This document shows, piece by piece, positions 62,823 to 64,000 of a DNA stretch of 64,000 bases (position 1 is its first letter; every line of letters begins with the position of its first letter). The notes under the pieces are model-generated. The model saw nothing but the letters and a program-made list of their open reading frames with translations, was not told the origin of the DNA and searched no databases. Both the position numbers and the translations under genes were made by a program. This stretch comes from Elsinoe ampelina (Eukaryota), in contig ML992503.1 in the NCBI GenBank assembly GCA_010093995.1, forward strand, positions 471,662 to 535,661. Reading direction: 5' to 3'.

Positions 62823-63799
62823 CTACCAGAGGGCTTTCTCGTCCGGATCCAATCCGGCAATGAAGGTCGGGAAAGAGGATTGCGGCTTTGGCGCGGATGG
62901 CTTGACCTCGTCGTCTTCCACGCGTTCCTCTTCGCCGACCATTGCGCGTGAAGAGCTCTTCCGCTGTAGAGCCCGCGATGCCCCACTAAAGCCTTCCGGA
63001 GAATTCGGAGTGTCTCCTGCTGTCGCTCTTAGATACCGATGTTCCCTGGGTAGGTCATACTCGCATCTCTCTCATAAATTTGTGATTCAAGATTTCTGGC
63101 GCGCTCTTCAGTCGATGGAGGGAACATCTCAAGACCTGTATGTGGCGGCGCCACCGGGCTGTACAGAATCCCGCGCTTCAGGAGCCACCCTTCCAAATCA
63201 TCTTTCCATTGCCGCAACTCACGAGCTTTGTTTCGACCTACTTCCCGGACAAGCTTTCTTGACCACGAACTGTCGGTGATAGTGACAATGCTCGCGATCT
63301 CGAATCTCAAGTACTTGAATGCCCCGACCACTCGATGATAGTCCGCCACCGGGAGGAGCACCGTCTTTAATTTAGCGCCTAGTAGTGGTAGGACATGGTC
63401 GATCTGCGATAGCATTTCCACTGTTCTTGCCCTCAAGTCCAGCATGGTTTGCACGACGTGAACAGCAGAAACGGTCTCCACAGCGCAACTCAGGTATGCT
63501 GTTTGGAGCAGATGGTCCCCCATAGGATCTACCGTTCCAGCAAGATCAAGAATCCGCTTCGCATGCGCGAGGAACGGCATTGATATTGTTGTCTCGATTG
63601 AAGGCTGTGACTTTCGTCCGGCGGCGTTGGCGCAGACAGCGAGAGCCATGTGATGCATAGCACGGCTAGGTCGGTATTTGCCTGCTCGAACGTGTAGCGC
63701 GGACGCCGACTCCACTACCTGCATCTCAGCCAGGCCAGATAGTGTTTGTAGTTCGTTTCCTACGTATGATAACGAGTGAACATGATAACGAATTGACAT
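62823..63799 (-). CDS. Hypothetical protein; possible intron ~63060-63020
   Basis: 258-aa ORF that a GTATGA...CTAAG...CAG intron can extend to a TAG at 62823. No recognised domain; start uncertain. Confidence 0.4.
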
Positions 63800-64000
63800 A
63801 AACACGGAAACAAGTCTTTCTAAACATGATCAGATTCGAATTGATTGAAGTGTTGAATGCACGGTAACGACTGTAATTGCATAAAGATGCATGTACCAAG
63901 ATAGCTTGACTATACATAGTCGAAGCCTATGGTCCTCGCTCTAAGGGACCTCAGGAAAGTTTCCGGGTTGTGGGCATTTTCCTCGTACACCCTTCTCATT

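Overview
Gene-dense eukaryotic DNA from a filamentous ascomycete (Pezizomycotina). This is inferred from short GT-AG introns with CTAAC/CTGAC branch sites, fungal-type proteins and RIP-like mutation. About 26 protein genes were modelled by hand: a Slk19/TACC-like gene (runs off the left edge), an intronless A-T-R NRPS-like reductase, a kelch protein, eIF3c (NIP1), a GT90/CAP10 glycosyltransferase, ERG13, TAD2, YAK1, a WW protein, a DUF1765 protein, ATP14, TFIIB, an ABC1 kinase, a Zn-ADH, SFH5, an MscS-like channel, a PPR-like protein, a kinesin, TANGO2/NRDE, a sugar porter, a DAGK-like kinase and several hypotheticals. The ORF-free AT-rich block at 5549-9062 is a complete, RIP-inactivated DNA transposon. 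It has TA target duplications, perfect 39-bp terminal inverted repeats (TIRs) with a second symmetric inner repeat, an intron-containing DD34E Tc1/IS630-type transposase, and a convergent ~695-codon second gene with a Cys/His motif. This is the best candidate for an undescribed system. Other signals are recurring C-rich to G-rich switches about every 4-5 kb, a stop-free 240-nt intron in the kinesin motor, an aaRS-type Lys-rich motif on TAD2, and an in-frame extension beyond a conserved-looking stop. All exon boundaries and family calls come from reading by eye; no searches were run.
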